Origin: Acaryochloris thomasi RCC1774
GTDB taxonomy: Bacteria; Cyanobacteriota; Cyanobacteriia; Thermosynechococcales; Thermosynechococcaceae
Length of the DNA: 32,000 nt
Reading direction: 5' to 3'
Assembly (NCBI RefSeq): GCF_003231495.1
Contig: NZ_PQWO01000012.1
Coordinates: forward strand, 1 to 32,000
Shown: one piece after another, positions 18,154 through 26,410 of the stretch
Position numbering within the stretch: position 1 is the stretch's first letter
How the letters are laid out: each line of letters opens with the position of its first letter
Made by a program: the position numbers and the translations under genes
Notes under the pieces: generated by a model
What the model was told of the DNA's origin: nothing
Database searches by the model: none
The model's input: only the letters and a program-made list of their open reading frames with translations

Positions 18154-19401
18154 CTACCGAAGCAGCCGCGAAATTTTGTCATTCTGATCGTATTCCTTCA
18201 CGATCGCTTTGGAATAGCCGGGAATGTGCTGGTCTGCCTTTGTGCCCCAGTGACGCTTCACAAACAGATAGTTTCGGATCGTGTGGTAGTCAATGGAATA
18301 TTTCGCAAACTCTAGCCCCTGCGGTCCAAACTTCGTCAAAGCGGCCGCCAACCATTTGCCGATAAACTTGGGCAGCCTGGAATTGCTGGCTCTCTCTTCT
18401 TGAAAAACGGTTTGCAGCACAAAATTGCGGCAATCGCCTTCCATTTCAACCGACTCAATCGATGCCTTCGGCTTGATTAACTCAAACATCTGCACGCCCT
18501 TCTTATTGCGGATCGTGACTTGTTGGTAATGCTCCGTCATCGGCACATTTTGATAGGGCACCCCCATATAGCCCACCACCAGATCCGCCAGACCATTCAT
18601 ATAGTCAAAGCAGCTATAGCAAGAGGGAGCAATGACGTTGTTGAGTTCCTTTGTAGGCAAACAGAAATAGGGCACCTTCTCCGTATGACCATCGGTGTGC
18701 TTCAGATGCACCTGATAATCTTGCATAAACTCATAGTGCTTGACGGTCTCTGGGCTATCGCTGGTGGTCTCTAAGAACTTATCTAGCCCCTCTCGTTTGC
18801 CGTTATCGACGCAGTGGGTGCCAATAACGTAAAGCTGCTCCAGATTGAGGTGATGTTCGACGCTGCGGAGTGCCTGAACCTGACACCCAACGCCGCAGAA
18901 CAGGATGCGCTTTAGGTTGCTTTCCTCCAGTAGGGCCAAGATATTGAGGTTAGGGGATAACGTTGGCTTGACCCCTCTAGCCGCCATAATCTCTTCGACG
19001 GTGGTGGCTATGACGGGCTTGGGCTTAAAGCGATCGTCTGGATCACTCTGAACGCAGATGACGCCATCAACCCAGTCGTTTTCGAGAAGTGCGATCGCAA
19101 GTGAGGTCACCACCCCCGTCCACTGAGCGCCTGCCACGGGCGGATCCATTTTGACGGTGTGCATGGCAGTACAGACACCAAATCGCCGCTCTAGATTATC
19201 TTTGCGGCTGCGGCCATGCACCTGAGGCTCTAAGGTCTCAACCTTCTGCATCCCATCCCCTAAAAAGGCACAGGCATCTTTAACATGAGCCACGTAGTAG
19301 GTATCACATAGACCACAGTGACTGCAGTAGTCCCCCGCAGGATAGCGACCACCGGGAGGGATCGGCTGACTTTTCGTGCGCCAATCATCAGTCATGCTCA
19401 T
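18154..19401 (-). CDS. bciB: FrhB-family Fe-S flavoprotein: ferredoxin-dependent divinyl chlorophyllide 8-vinyl reductase / 7-hydroxymethyl chlorophyll a reductase family
   Basis: 415 aa. YPAGDYCSHCGLCDTYYVAHVKDACAFLGDGM...AQWTGVVT...CVQSDPDDRFKPKPV...ARGVKPTLSPNLN...FCGVGCQVQALRSVEHHLNLEQLYV...APSCYSCFDY...LEFAKYSIDYHTIRNY matches my recollection of Synechocystis Slr1923 and plant HCAR over the whole length. Confidence 0.8.
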   Translation of the reverse strand: MSMTDDWRTKSQPIPPGGRYPAGDYCSHCGLCDTYYVAHVKDACAFLGDGMQKVETLEPQVHGRSRKDNLERRFGVCTAMHTVKMDPPVAGAQWTGVVTSLAIALLENDWVDGVICVQSDPDDRFKPKPVIATTVEEIMAARGVKPTLSPNLNILALLEESNLKRILFCGVGCQVQALRSVEHHLNLEQLYVIGTHCVDNGKREGLDKFLETTSDSPETVKHYEFMQDYQVHLKHTDGHTEKVPYFCLPTKELNNVIAPSCYSCFDYMNGLADLVVGYMGVPYQNVPMTEHYQQVTIRNKKGVQMFELIKPKASIESVEMEGDCRNFVLQTVFQEERASNSRLPKFIGKWLAAALTKFGPQGLEFAKYSIDYHTIRNYLFVKRHWGTKADQHIPGYSKAIVKEYDQNDKISRLLR

Positions 19402-19513
19402 GATTTTCCCTCGCCAGTTAGCCTAGTGAAAGTATTTCCAGGAACACCCCCAATCGTCGGGACTTTCCCCCCAGAATTAGGGGGTAGGGCAATGCAGCGT
19501 TGAATAACTCGGA

Positions 19514-19981
19514 CTATAGTTCACCCGTGATGTCTTCAATCACACCATCTCGGAGCAGCACTTCCACCTGCATTCTGCCGATCAGGTTGTCCCCTTTTTT
19601 GGCGTAGAAGAAGCTGTCGATTTGTCCCTGCTCGACCTGTTCTTCCATTTGGAGGCTTTGTACCTGGTTGAGCTGCTGCAGAACTTGGTTCTTTTTCTCT
19701 AGCAGTTCGCTCTTGGCATTGTTGGCCTGAATCTGAATGTTCTGAATTTGAGCTTGGGTCTCGTCGGACGAGGGGGTCTCGGCTCCAATAATTTGGACCT
19801 TCTGCTTCTGCAGTTCACCAATCATCTGCTGTACTTGCTGATCTAACTGCTGTAGTTGACCATCAAACTGATTAATTTGAACTTGAAGCTGTTCTTGCGC
19901 TTCATCTTTCCAGCGAGGCGTGACGACAACCTTCACCGCAATTGAACGACGTAGAAGAAGCTGACCAGCAGGAATGTCCAT
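19514..19981 (-). CDS. YlqD-family protein (Gln-rich coiled coil)
   Basis: 155 aa. The N-terminus LLLRRSIAVKVVVTPRWKDEAQEQLQVQINQFDGQLQQLDQQ and the C-terminus GRMQVEVLLRDGVIEDI fit the YlqD layout. Confidence 0.6.
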   Translation of the reverse strand: MDIPAGQLLLRRSIAVKVVVTPRWKDEAQEQLQVQINQFDGQLQQLDQQVQQMIGELQKQKVQIIGAETPSSDETQAQIQNIQIQANNAKSELLEKKNQVLQQLNQVQSLQMEEQVEQGQIDSFFYAKKGDNLIGRMQVEVLLRDGVIEDITGEL

Positions 19982-20227
19982 AGCAATTAGGTAAGAGGTT
20001 TCTAGTGGTGGTTAAATGACCCGTCGATCATATCGTGGCAGCGGTCAATGATCACCCCATTTTGGATTTAAAAGCCAATCGGGTCTCTGAAACTTGCGAT
20101 CACCGTTAGCAACGCTCCTCCTGCGGAGGCAGGTGGGTCAGGGACCATCGTAACTGGAACCTGGACAACAAGGGAGATCGTCACAGACAACTATGATGGC
20201 CCTAGACTTTTTGCATCTCGGAGTTTT

Positions 20228-21892
20228 ATGAAGCGAGTCCTGCCCCCTTTTCCCACTTTCCTGCTGTGGACAATGAGTTTCGGAATAGCCTCCTTTGGCA
20301 TCACGTCTGCTCAGGCGGCTGAGCGTATCTATGCTTCCTATGGTTCTTTCGAGCGATCGGTTTCGGTCAAAGCGCTGGAAGTCTACGCCAAAGAGGGCAG
20401 GGTCACGGGCGATCTCGGGATCTATCTCCGCTATCTTAAGCCTGAACGCCGACGCCAGTTCCGGGCCGCTCTGCAGCAGCGAGCGACGCTAACCCCCGTC
20501 TCGATTGCCCAGTTTCTATATGCTCCCGTTGGTGAACAGCTCCTAAAGCGGGCTGAGAAAGTGGTACAGCCCAAGTCTGGCGTCGGTGGATTCTTTGCCC
20601 TACGTGCTGCGTTAATTTTGGCGGCGGCGGATCCCGAAGGGCTAACGTTTCTCAATCTGCTCAAGGCCTACCCCACTGAAGGGATTCAAGTTGACCTGGC
20701 CGAAGGCTTAAGCACGTTTTCCCAAGGGCGCAAGCTGATCCAAAAGACAGATCAGGCCGTGGCCTCAATTGAAGCCACCGCTGAGGTTACACCACCCCCA
20801 GCGCTGACGGCTGCAGGCCGCAGTCTCGCCACAGCCGGTGCGTTTACCTCGAAAAAAGTCTCCCTTAATCTAGAAGACAGTACACCACTGCGGCTCGATT
20901 ATGCGGGCAAGTCTCGCCCGTTTCCCGTTGATGTGTATCTGCCCCAAGGTACCCCTGGTCCCCGCCCCGTAATTGTGATTTCCCACGGGCTAAATTCCGA
21001 TCGTCAGTCCTATGCTTATTTAGCTGAACATCTAGCGTCTCATGGGTTTGCAGTGGCGGTCCCGGAACATACCGGCAGCAATACGGACCAGCTTTTAGAT
21101 TTGCTGGCGGGCCGCGCCAGCGAGGTGCCCAGTGCCACTGAATTTGTCGATCGTCCGCTAGATGTTAAGTTCTTGCTCGATGATTTGCAGATGAGATCGC
21201 AAACTGACCCCACTTTCAAAGACAGGCTCAACCTCAAGCAGGTGGGTGTTATTGGCCAATCGTTCGGGGGCTACACCGCCCTAGCGCTGGCGGGAGCACC
21301 GCTCAACTTTAATCGACTGCAGCAGGACTGCCGCCAGAATCTTGCAGACACACTCAACCTGTCGCTGGTGCTCCAGTGTCAGGCGCTGCGACTCGCGGGC
21401 CGAGACTATCAGCTTGCTGACCCACGCATTAGGGCGGCGATCACCATTAACCCTGTCGGCAGCAGTTTGTTCGGCCCCGCGAGCATGGGAAAAATTCAAG
21501 TTCCGATCATGGTGGTAACGGGGAATGCCGACACCATTGCCCCTGCATTACCGGAGCAAATCCGGCCTTTCTCTTGGCTGACTAGCCCCCAGAAATATTT
21601 GGCCTTGATTAGGAAAAGCACGCATTTTTCCACCATCGACGAGCCAGAGGAAGCAGCAGCAGAACCGATTCCTACGTCCCCTCAAATTATTGGACCGTCC
21701 CCAGAACTGGCCCGCACCTATATTGGGGCGCTGAGTACAGCGTTTATGCAAACCCATGCCGCCCAGCAGCCGCGCTATCAAACGTATCTCTCATCTGACT
21801 ACGCCGCCGCGCTGAGCCAGTCTTCGCTGCCCCTCAGCTTAATCGAGGCGCTGCCTGAACCCGGGGAGGGTGAGCTGGAAGATCAGACGTAG
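20228..21892 (+). CDS. Secreted DUF1400-domain / alpha-beta hydrolase fusion protein
   Basis: 554 aa. A signal peptide (...GITSAQA|AE) is followed by a DUF1400-like N-domain (AERIYASYGSFERSVSVKALEVYAKEGRV...). The hydrolase core has VIVISHGLNSDRQSYAYLAEHLASHGFAVAVPEH and the nucleophile elbow GQSFGG. Confidence 0.8.
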   Translation: MKRVLPPFPTFLLWTMSFGIASFGITSAQAAERIYASYGSFERSVSVKALEVYAKEGRVTGDLGIYLRYLKPERRRQFRAALQQRATLTPVSIAQFLYAPVGEQLLKRAEKVVQPKSGVGGFFALRAALILAAADPEGLTFLNLLKAYPTEGIQVDLAEGLSTFSQGRKLIQKTDQAVASIEATAEVTPPPALTAAGRSLATAGAFTSKKVSLNLEDSTPLRLDYAGKSRPFPVDVYLPQGTPGPRPVIVISHGLNSDRQSYAYLAEHLASHGFAVAVPEHTGSNTDQLLDLLAGRASEVPSATEFVDRPLDVKFLLDDLQMRSQTDPTFKDRLNLKQVGVIGQSFGGYTALALAGAPLNFNRLQQDCRQNLADTLNLSLVLQCQALRLAGRDYQLADPRIRAAITINPVGSSLFGPASMGKIQVPIMVVTGNADTIAPALPEQIRPFSWLTSPQKYLALIRKSTHFSTIDEPEEAAAEPIPTSPQIIGPSPELARTYIGALSTAFMQTHAAQQPRYQTYLSSDYAAALSQSSLPLSLIEALPEPGEGELEDQT

Positions 21893-21973
21893 TGCGCTGA
21901 CGCTTCTCACCAGAGCATTTCAGGGTTTTACTGAGTATGCCCAAGGGTGCCCAGGAAGCATCGTCCAGAGGTT

Positions 21974-22615
21974 TTACTGGGGTGTGGGCTGCGAGCGACT
22001 CGGTGCCGAAGCGCCTGGGTTGCAGTCGCAAACAAACGTTTCAATCAGATCAGTTGCGATCGCAAGTGGCACCTTCAGGTCTTCTTCTGCACTGCTAATG
22101 AACCGATTGACTCGCCCCGCCGTTTGCGCCAACTGAAAGCCATCCACAACCAGATCGTTGGTGGGATAGCGCTGCAGAAACTCAAGAAACGAAATTTCAC
22201 CATCGTCGCTCAAAGACAGCAGAATCGAAGATCGCAACGCCTGAATATTGCTCCGCCGCGTTGGCGTATGGAGAACTTCACCCGTTTGGAACAAGATGTA
22301 CTCGCCCGGAATCTTGTGCAAGAGGTTGTCGGCCAGCGTCAGGCTAACCTTGGCCTCCTGCGTCATAAACTTACGGGCTTGCTCAGGATCCTGACCTGAC
22401 GCCCGTAACAAGAACTTCAGATTAGGAGAAGTCTTACCGGTTTCAACAAACGTCTCTAGCTCATTGAGCGTCAGCGTCCGGCCAAAAGAGCCAAAGGTCA
22501 GCACCACTTTCTCTGCCGCAGCAGCAGGACGAGGCATCGTAACGGCTGAGATGGCCAACGCTGCCGCTGCTGAAAGTCCCCACAAACGCACGATATTCGA
22601 GCGCAGAAATGACAT
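21974..22615 (-). CDS. Secreted stand-alone DUF1400-domain protein (paralog A)
   Basis: The ATG at 22615 gives a signal peptide MSFLRSNIVRLWGLSAAAALAISAVTMPRPAAA|AE. The track start at 22630 is TTG. AEKVVLTFGSFGRTLTLNELETFVETGK... aligns by eye with the hydrolase N-domain. The C-terminus carries FVCDCNP. Confidence 0.7.
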   Translation of the reverse strand: MSFLRSNIVRLWGLSAAAALAISAVTMPRPAAAAEKVVLTFGSFGRTLTLNELETFVETGKTSPNLKFLLRASGQDPEQARKFMTQEAKVSLTLADNLLHKIPGEYILFQTGEVLHTPTRRSNIQALRSSILLSLSDDGEISFLEFLQRYPTNDLVVDGFQLAQTAGRVNRFISSAEEDLKVPLAIATDLIETFVCDCNPGASAPSRSQPTPQ

Positions 22616-22667
22616 GATTAAACTCCGCAATATAGGATTTTGTCACCAAAGCTGGCCGATTCAGGCA

Positions 22668-23459
22668 CTACTGATCGACCGGCTGAGGGTCTAGAGACTT
22701 GAGCAAAGACTGAAACGTCTCCTCCGTCAGAGCGGTCTCATCTGTCAGAACGGTCTCATCCGGGAGCGGAACCGCTTTAGTCAGAGTTGTCGCCTTATTG
22801 CAGTTCGCATGGGTGGTCGCGTCACGGTAAGAATGCGCTCCATCTTTGACCGGCTGAACGGTAGACGTGTTAGACGCCTCTTGAGCAGGATCGCAGTCAC
22901 AAACGATATCTTGCAGAACGCCTTTCGCTACTTCTAAGGCCGGTAGAACCTTCTCAACAAAACCACTGACATCGTTGTAGGTGCTCTCTAGGTTGGTGAG
23001 ATCGACTCGAATCGTATCCATAGGGTGCCGATCGATGATCTCAAGAAAGGAGACTTGGCGATCGTCGATTGAATCTAAGACCGCTGACTTCAGCGCCTCT
23101 AGATCTGCCTCTGTCCGACCGGAGGAACTGCTAATGGCCTTGTCGAGCTGCAGGAACAAAAACTCACCATTCTTGCTCTGCAAAAAGTTCTCCACGAATG
23201 TCGGAATCTGAATGTCGCGGGTCAAGATATTGCGGAACGTGGTGGGTAAAGCCTCGTCAGTATTCAACAGATCTTGCAAAGCCGTCGGAATCGTTCCAGT
23301 TTCAGAGAAAGTATTAATCTCTGACTGGCTGACGGTGACCTCTTCACCTTTGTAACTGACGCGAATGTTCTCAGCCGCTTGTGTCTTGTTTGCCAGCAGC
23401 GGAATGCTAACAGCGCTGGCCAGACCGACGATTAACCAGGAAAAGAATTTAGGCTTCAT
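22668..23459 (-). CDS. Secreted stand-alone DUF1400-domain protein (paralog B) with an acidic Thr/Glu-rich tail
   Basis: The ATG at 23459 gives a signal peptide MKPKFFSWLIVGLASAVSIPLLANKTQA|AE. The longer track ORF starts at GTG 23747, and its extra 96 aa do not look protein-like. AENIRVSYKGEEVTVSQSEINTFSETGT... is DUF1400-like and is followed by IVCDCDP. Confidence 0.7.
   Translation of the reverse strand: MKPKFFSWLIVGLASAVSIPLLANKTQAAENIRVSYKGEEVTVSQSEINTFSETGTIPTALQDLLNTDEALPTTFRNILTRDIQIPTFVENFLQSKNGEFLFLQLDKAISSSSGRTEADLEALKSAVLDSIDDRQVSFLEIIDRHPMDTIRVDLTNLESTYNDVSGFVEKVLPALEVAKGVLQDIVCDCDPAQEASNTSTVQPVKDGAHSYRDATTHANCNKATTLTKAVPLPDETVLTDETALTEETFQSLLKSLDPQPVDQ
22726..22761. repeat. 18 bp tandem repeat, two copies, within the paralog B tail
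   Basis: gtcagagcggtctcatct (22726-22743) is followed by gtcagaacggtctcatcc (22744-22761), with 2 mismatches. On the minus strand it encodes DETVLT-DETALT. Confidence 0.85.
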
Positions 23460-23734
23460 GAGACTTTTTCCTACAGTGAAACATTGAATTGACCGTTGAG
23501 TTTGAGGCGAAGAAAACTTCAGCGATACCTCAGCTTCAGTAACAAACCCGTAATCTCTACTCAAGCATTTTGGGGTCTCTCTGTCATCTACTTCAGGGCT
23601 GAAATTGAGGCGGTGGACCCAAGCCCGTCGCGAGGGATCCCTTTCGCTGTCGAGCGTCACGATGGGGAGCAGAGCGTCAATACGAATTATGTCTATCGGC
23701 GGGCGATTTCTGTTCATAGCGTTAGAACAGAAAT

Positions 23735-24268
23735 ATGGGTACCTCACATCGCATCTATTGGCTATTGGGAATCACGGCTGTCTTCAGCGGTGTCGCTTTG
23801 TTCGTGACCCAAATGGGGTTAATCAAACCCGGCATTGCTAGTCCCGAGGGGCTTCGCGCTCCAGGGGGCATTGCAGCTGCCATCGAAGACCGCTCCTTAG
23901 CTTTGCATTCTGAGGGCATTAAAAAAGCACTTCTGGGCGACTATCCCAGCGCCATCTCTGACTATGATCGGGCCTTGATGTTGTCTCCCAAAAACCCTGA
24001 GATTTACTACAATCGTGCCGTTGCGCATTACTCAGCGGGCCACTCTGAGCAAGCAGTACAGGATTTTGACCGTGCCATTCAACTCCAGCCGACGATGGCC
24101 GAAGCCTATGCCAATCGCAGCACGCTGCACCTAGAGATCGGCGACCCGGCTAGAGCGCTGGCAGATGGGCAAAGGGCGGCAGATCTGTTTGAGCAGCAAG
24201 GTGAGCCTGGTCTAGCCACAGAGATTCGAGACTGGCTACGGCAGCATAAAATTAGGGCCATCCATTAG
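23735..24268 (+). CDS. TPR-repeat protein with an N-terminal membrane anchor or signal sequence
   Basis: 177 aa with an ATG start. The hydrophobic N-terminus (YWLLGITAVFSGVALFV) is followed by three TPR units (AISDYDRALMLSPKNPEIYYNRAVAHY..., AVQDFDRAIQLQPTMAEAYANRS...). Confidence 0.8.
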   Translation: MGTSHRIYWLLGITAVFSGVALFVTQMGLIKPGIASPEGLRAPGGIAAAIEDRSLALHSEGIKKALLGDYPSAISDYDRALMLSPKNPEIYYNRAVAHYSAGHSEQAVQDFDRAIQLQPTMAEAYANRSTLHLEIGDPARALADGQRAADLFEQQGEPGLATEIRDWLRQHKIRAIH

Positions 24269-24327
24269 CTTTCTGCAGAAGACTGAAGAGAAGCTGGCGA
24301 ATAGAATTCGCGCCTACTAAGAACGAA

Positions 24328-24343
24328 GTCTGCCTCCGCAGAC
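24328..24343 (-). terminator. Terminator-like hairpin on the minus strand
   Basis: The minus strand reads GTCTGC-GGAG-GCAGAC followed by TTCGTTCTT. It lies about 205 nt downstream of the bestrophin stop and inside the dubious 60 aa ORF 24252..24434. Confidence 0.35.
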
Positions 24344-24549
24344 TATACACATTAAGGCTTTCGATAATCCGCGCAGCGATTTTGTCTTTGTAGCTGCGAT
24401 GCCCACCGCCAAAGGAGAAAGTGTTATCAGCCAACCCGATATAGCGGTACGCATATTGATGAGGATATTAAAATGGTTGAACACCATGTCCGCTCAGGAA
24501 GGGCTGCCCTAACTCAGACGCGTATTGCTCTATATCAATGTCCTAGGCT

Positions 24550-25488
24550 CTAGCTTGCGGCCTGCAGATTTGGTTCCACTATCGGTGAGTCAGTATTGCC
24601 ACCCAAGGCCAGAACGCCTTCGACATTGTTAACAATGGTGGTGCAGATGTCGTCCAGCGGTAGGTCATTAGCGTTGCACCCAAATGGATTCTCTAGCTCA
24701 CGCCCCACTTCTTCTACGCCCAGCAGCAAGAAGCTGACAATAGCCATAATGGGGACCGACCACCAGGTTAATTCAGGAACGGTTCTGAAGGGCAGACCAA
24801 TGCAGTAAATCAAAATCAAACGCTTCAGAAAAACACGATAGGCAATGGGAATAGGAGTGGTAATAATCCGTTCGCAGCTGCTTACGCCTTCAATAAGGCT
24901 GTTGAGCATGGCGTTGGCATTGGCCACTAGCGTCTCGGTTACTTGACCTGCCTCTAGCTGCTGCTGGAGATAGCTGCGAATCCAAAACGCAATGTCGAGG
25001 GGACAATGCTTTGAGGTCTTGAGCTGTTCTGCTTGCGCGGGGGTGATTAATGCTTTGAGTTCATCGCTGGGGGCTTCGCCACGCAGATGGAGTTTGGTTG
25101 CGATCGCAAAGGCAGACAGCAGCCGAATCGCGTCCCGTTTCTCAGCCGGATCGGCATCCACGCCAATCTGTAGTTCACGGGCTAGGTTGCGAATGTTAAC
25201 AACCAACGCCCCCCAAGCCTTGCGACCTTCCCAAAAGCGGTCGTAGGAGGTGTTGGTGCGAAAGACAATCAGGAGGCCAAGGACGAGGTTGAAGATCACA
25301 TTCGTGGTCAGGCCGCCCAGCTTTTCTAGGTAAATTGGATACTCTAAGGCATTGATGAGGGCAATAAAACCCGCAAAGCCACAGAAAGCAAGAATTCGCG
25401 GCAAAACCATCAGCACGACTGAGCCCTGAAGCTGAAAGGTCGTGGCAAACCAGTTGGGTTTCTCTAACTTATCGGCGGCGATCGCCAT
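24550..25488 (-). CDS. Bestrophin-family (UPF0187/YneE-like) ion channel
   Basis: 312 aa with the family motif VFRTNTSYDRFWEGRKAWG after two N-terminal TM helices. Its ATG overlaps the upstream MscS stop (TAATG). Confidence 0.8.
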   Translation of the reverse strand: MAIAADKLEKPNWFATTFQLQGSVVLMVLPRILAFCGFAGFIALINALEYPIYLEKLGGLTTNVIFNLVLGLLIVFRTNTSYDRFWEGRKAWGALVVNIRNLARELQIGVDADPAEKRDAIRLLSAFAIATKLHLRGEAPSDELKALITPAQAEQLKTSKHCPLDIAFWIRSYLQQQLEAGQVTETLVANANAMLNSLIEGVSSCERIITTPIPIAYRVFLKRLILIYCIGLPFRTVPELTWWSVPIMAIVSFLLLGVEEVGRELENPFGCNANDLPLDDICTTIVNNVEGVLALGGNTDSPIVEPNLQAAS

Positions 25489-26387
25489 TAATTTTCTCCT
25501 TGCTGAGCGAGAGTCTGATCACCGCTTTCCATGTGATCATCAAATTTCTCTTGGTCAAACATATACACCGTCCGAATCGGGTAGGGAATCGAGATGTTGT
25601 TGCGATCGCAAGCCTGCTTGAGTGCAATCATCACCTTCGTCTTAATTCGTCGTACCTGGGCAATTTGGGGCGCGGTCCAGTAGCGAACCACCAGATCAAT
25701 CGAGCTATCGCCGAATCCCACAATATCGACTTCAGAAGACGGGTCGAGATGGATTCCTTCAATATCATTGAGGGCATTTAAGAGCGTATCCCTCGCCATT
25801 GGCAGAGGCGTATTGTAGTCCACGCCAATTTCTAGATCCGTCCGGCGCTGCGGCTTTTTCGTCAGCACCTGCACCGGACTCGTGAACACAATGGAGTTGG
25901 GCATCACAATCAGCTCACCTTGATAGGTGCGAATCTGAGTTGAACGCAGCGCGATGCCCTCTACGGTGCCTTCGTAGTCTTCAACGATAATCTGATCGCC
26001 TAAAGAAAACGGCTCCTGTAGCAAAAGCAGAATCCCGGCCAAAAAGTTTTTGAAAATATCCTGGAAGGCAAAACCAATGGCCACAGAACCTAAACCCAGC
26101 AGGCCAATGATGTCTCCCAGCGCTAGCCCAGGAAATGCTGCGATACAGGCAACGAGGATACCCACGGTCCAGGCCAATACGAAGCTCGTCTGTGAGATCA
26201 GCAGCCGTAGCGATGTGCTTTTGATCGCCTGTGCCGCCACCCGCGAGGCCACCCGTTGGGCGACACCGGCCAGATACCGTGTGGCCACCAAAATGAAGAT
26301 GCCGAACAGAAAGCCAGGTAAGGTGGCAACGCCTTTCCCTACTAGCTCTAGCAGGGTTGTCTTGATCTCTGACAGAAATTCGGTCAT
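25488..26387 (-). CDS. Small-conductance mechanosensitive channel (MscS family), 299 aa
   Basis: The pore helix and beta domain read LGLGSVAIGFAFQDIFKNFLAGILLLLQEPFSLGDQIIVEDYEGTVEGIALRSTQIRTYQGELIVMPNS. Confidence 0.85.
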   Translation of the reverse strand: MTEFLSEIKTTLLELVGKGVATLPGFLFGIFILVATRYLAGVAQRVASRVAAQAIKSTSLRLLISQTSFVLAWTVGILVACIAAFPGLALGDIIGLLGLGSVAIGFAFQDIFKNFLAGILLLLQEPFSLGDQIIVEDYEGTVEGIALRSTQIRTYQGELIVMPNSIVFTSPVQVLTKKPQRRTDLEIGVDYNTPLPMARDTLLNALNDIEGIHLDPSSEVDIVGFGDSSIDLVVRYWTAPQIAQVRRIKTKVMIALKQACDRNNISIPYPIRTVYMFDQEKFDDHMESGDQTLAQQGEN

Positions 26388-26410
26388 GGGGTTTTAAAAA
26401 GAGGACAGAC

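Noticed and set aside
19455-19482. CCCCC-AGAATTA-GGGGG hairpin between ylqD and bciB as an intrinsic terminator
   Set aside because: The stem is only 5 bp and no U-tract follows on the transcribed (minus) strand. That is not enough to call a terminator.
21870-22399. + strand ORFs (88 and 150 aa) downstream of the hydrolase gene
   Set aside because: They are antisense to DUF1400 paralog A, whose frame aligns with two other paralogs in the window.
23460-23747. 96 aa N-terminal extension of DUF1400 paralog B (GTG start at 23747), and the + strand ORFs 23496..23807 and 23605..23841
   Set aside because: The extension precedes a perfect signal peptide that begins at the ATG at 23459, and it would overlap the TPR gene start. 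The region is better read as a 275 bp divergent promoter region.
24252-24434. 60 aa minus-strand ORF (MADNTFSFGGGHRSYKDK...)
   Set aside because: It starts at TTG, overlaps the TPR gene 3' end, contains a terminator-like hairpin and has no recognisable motif.
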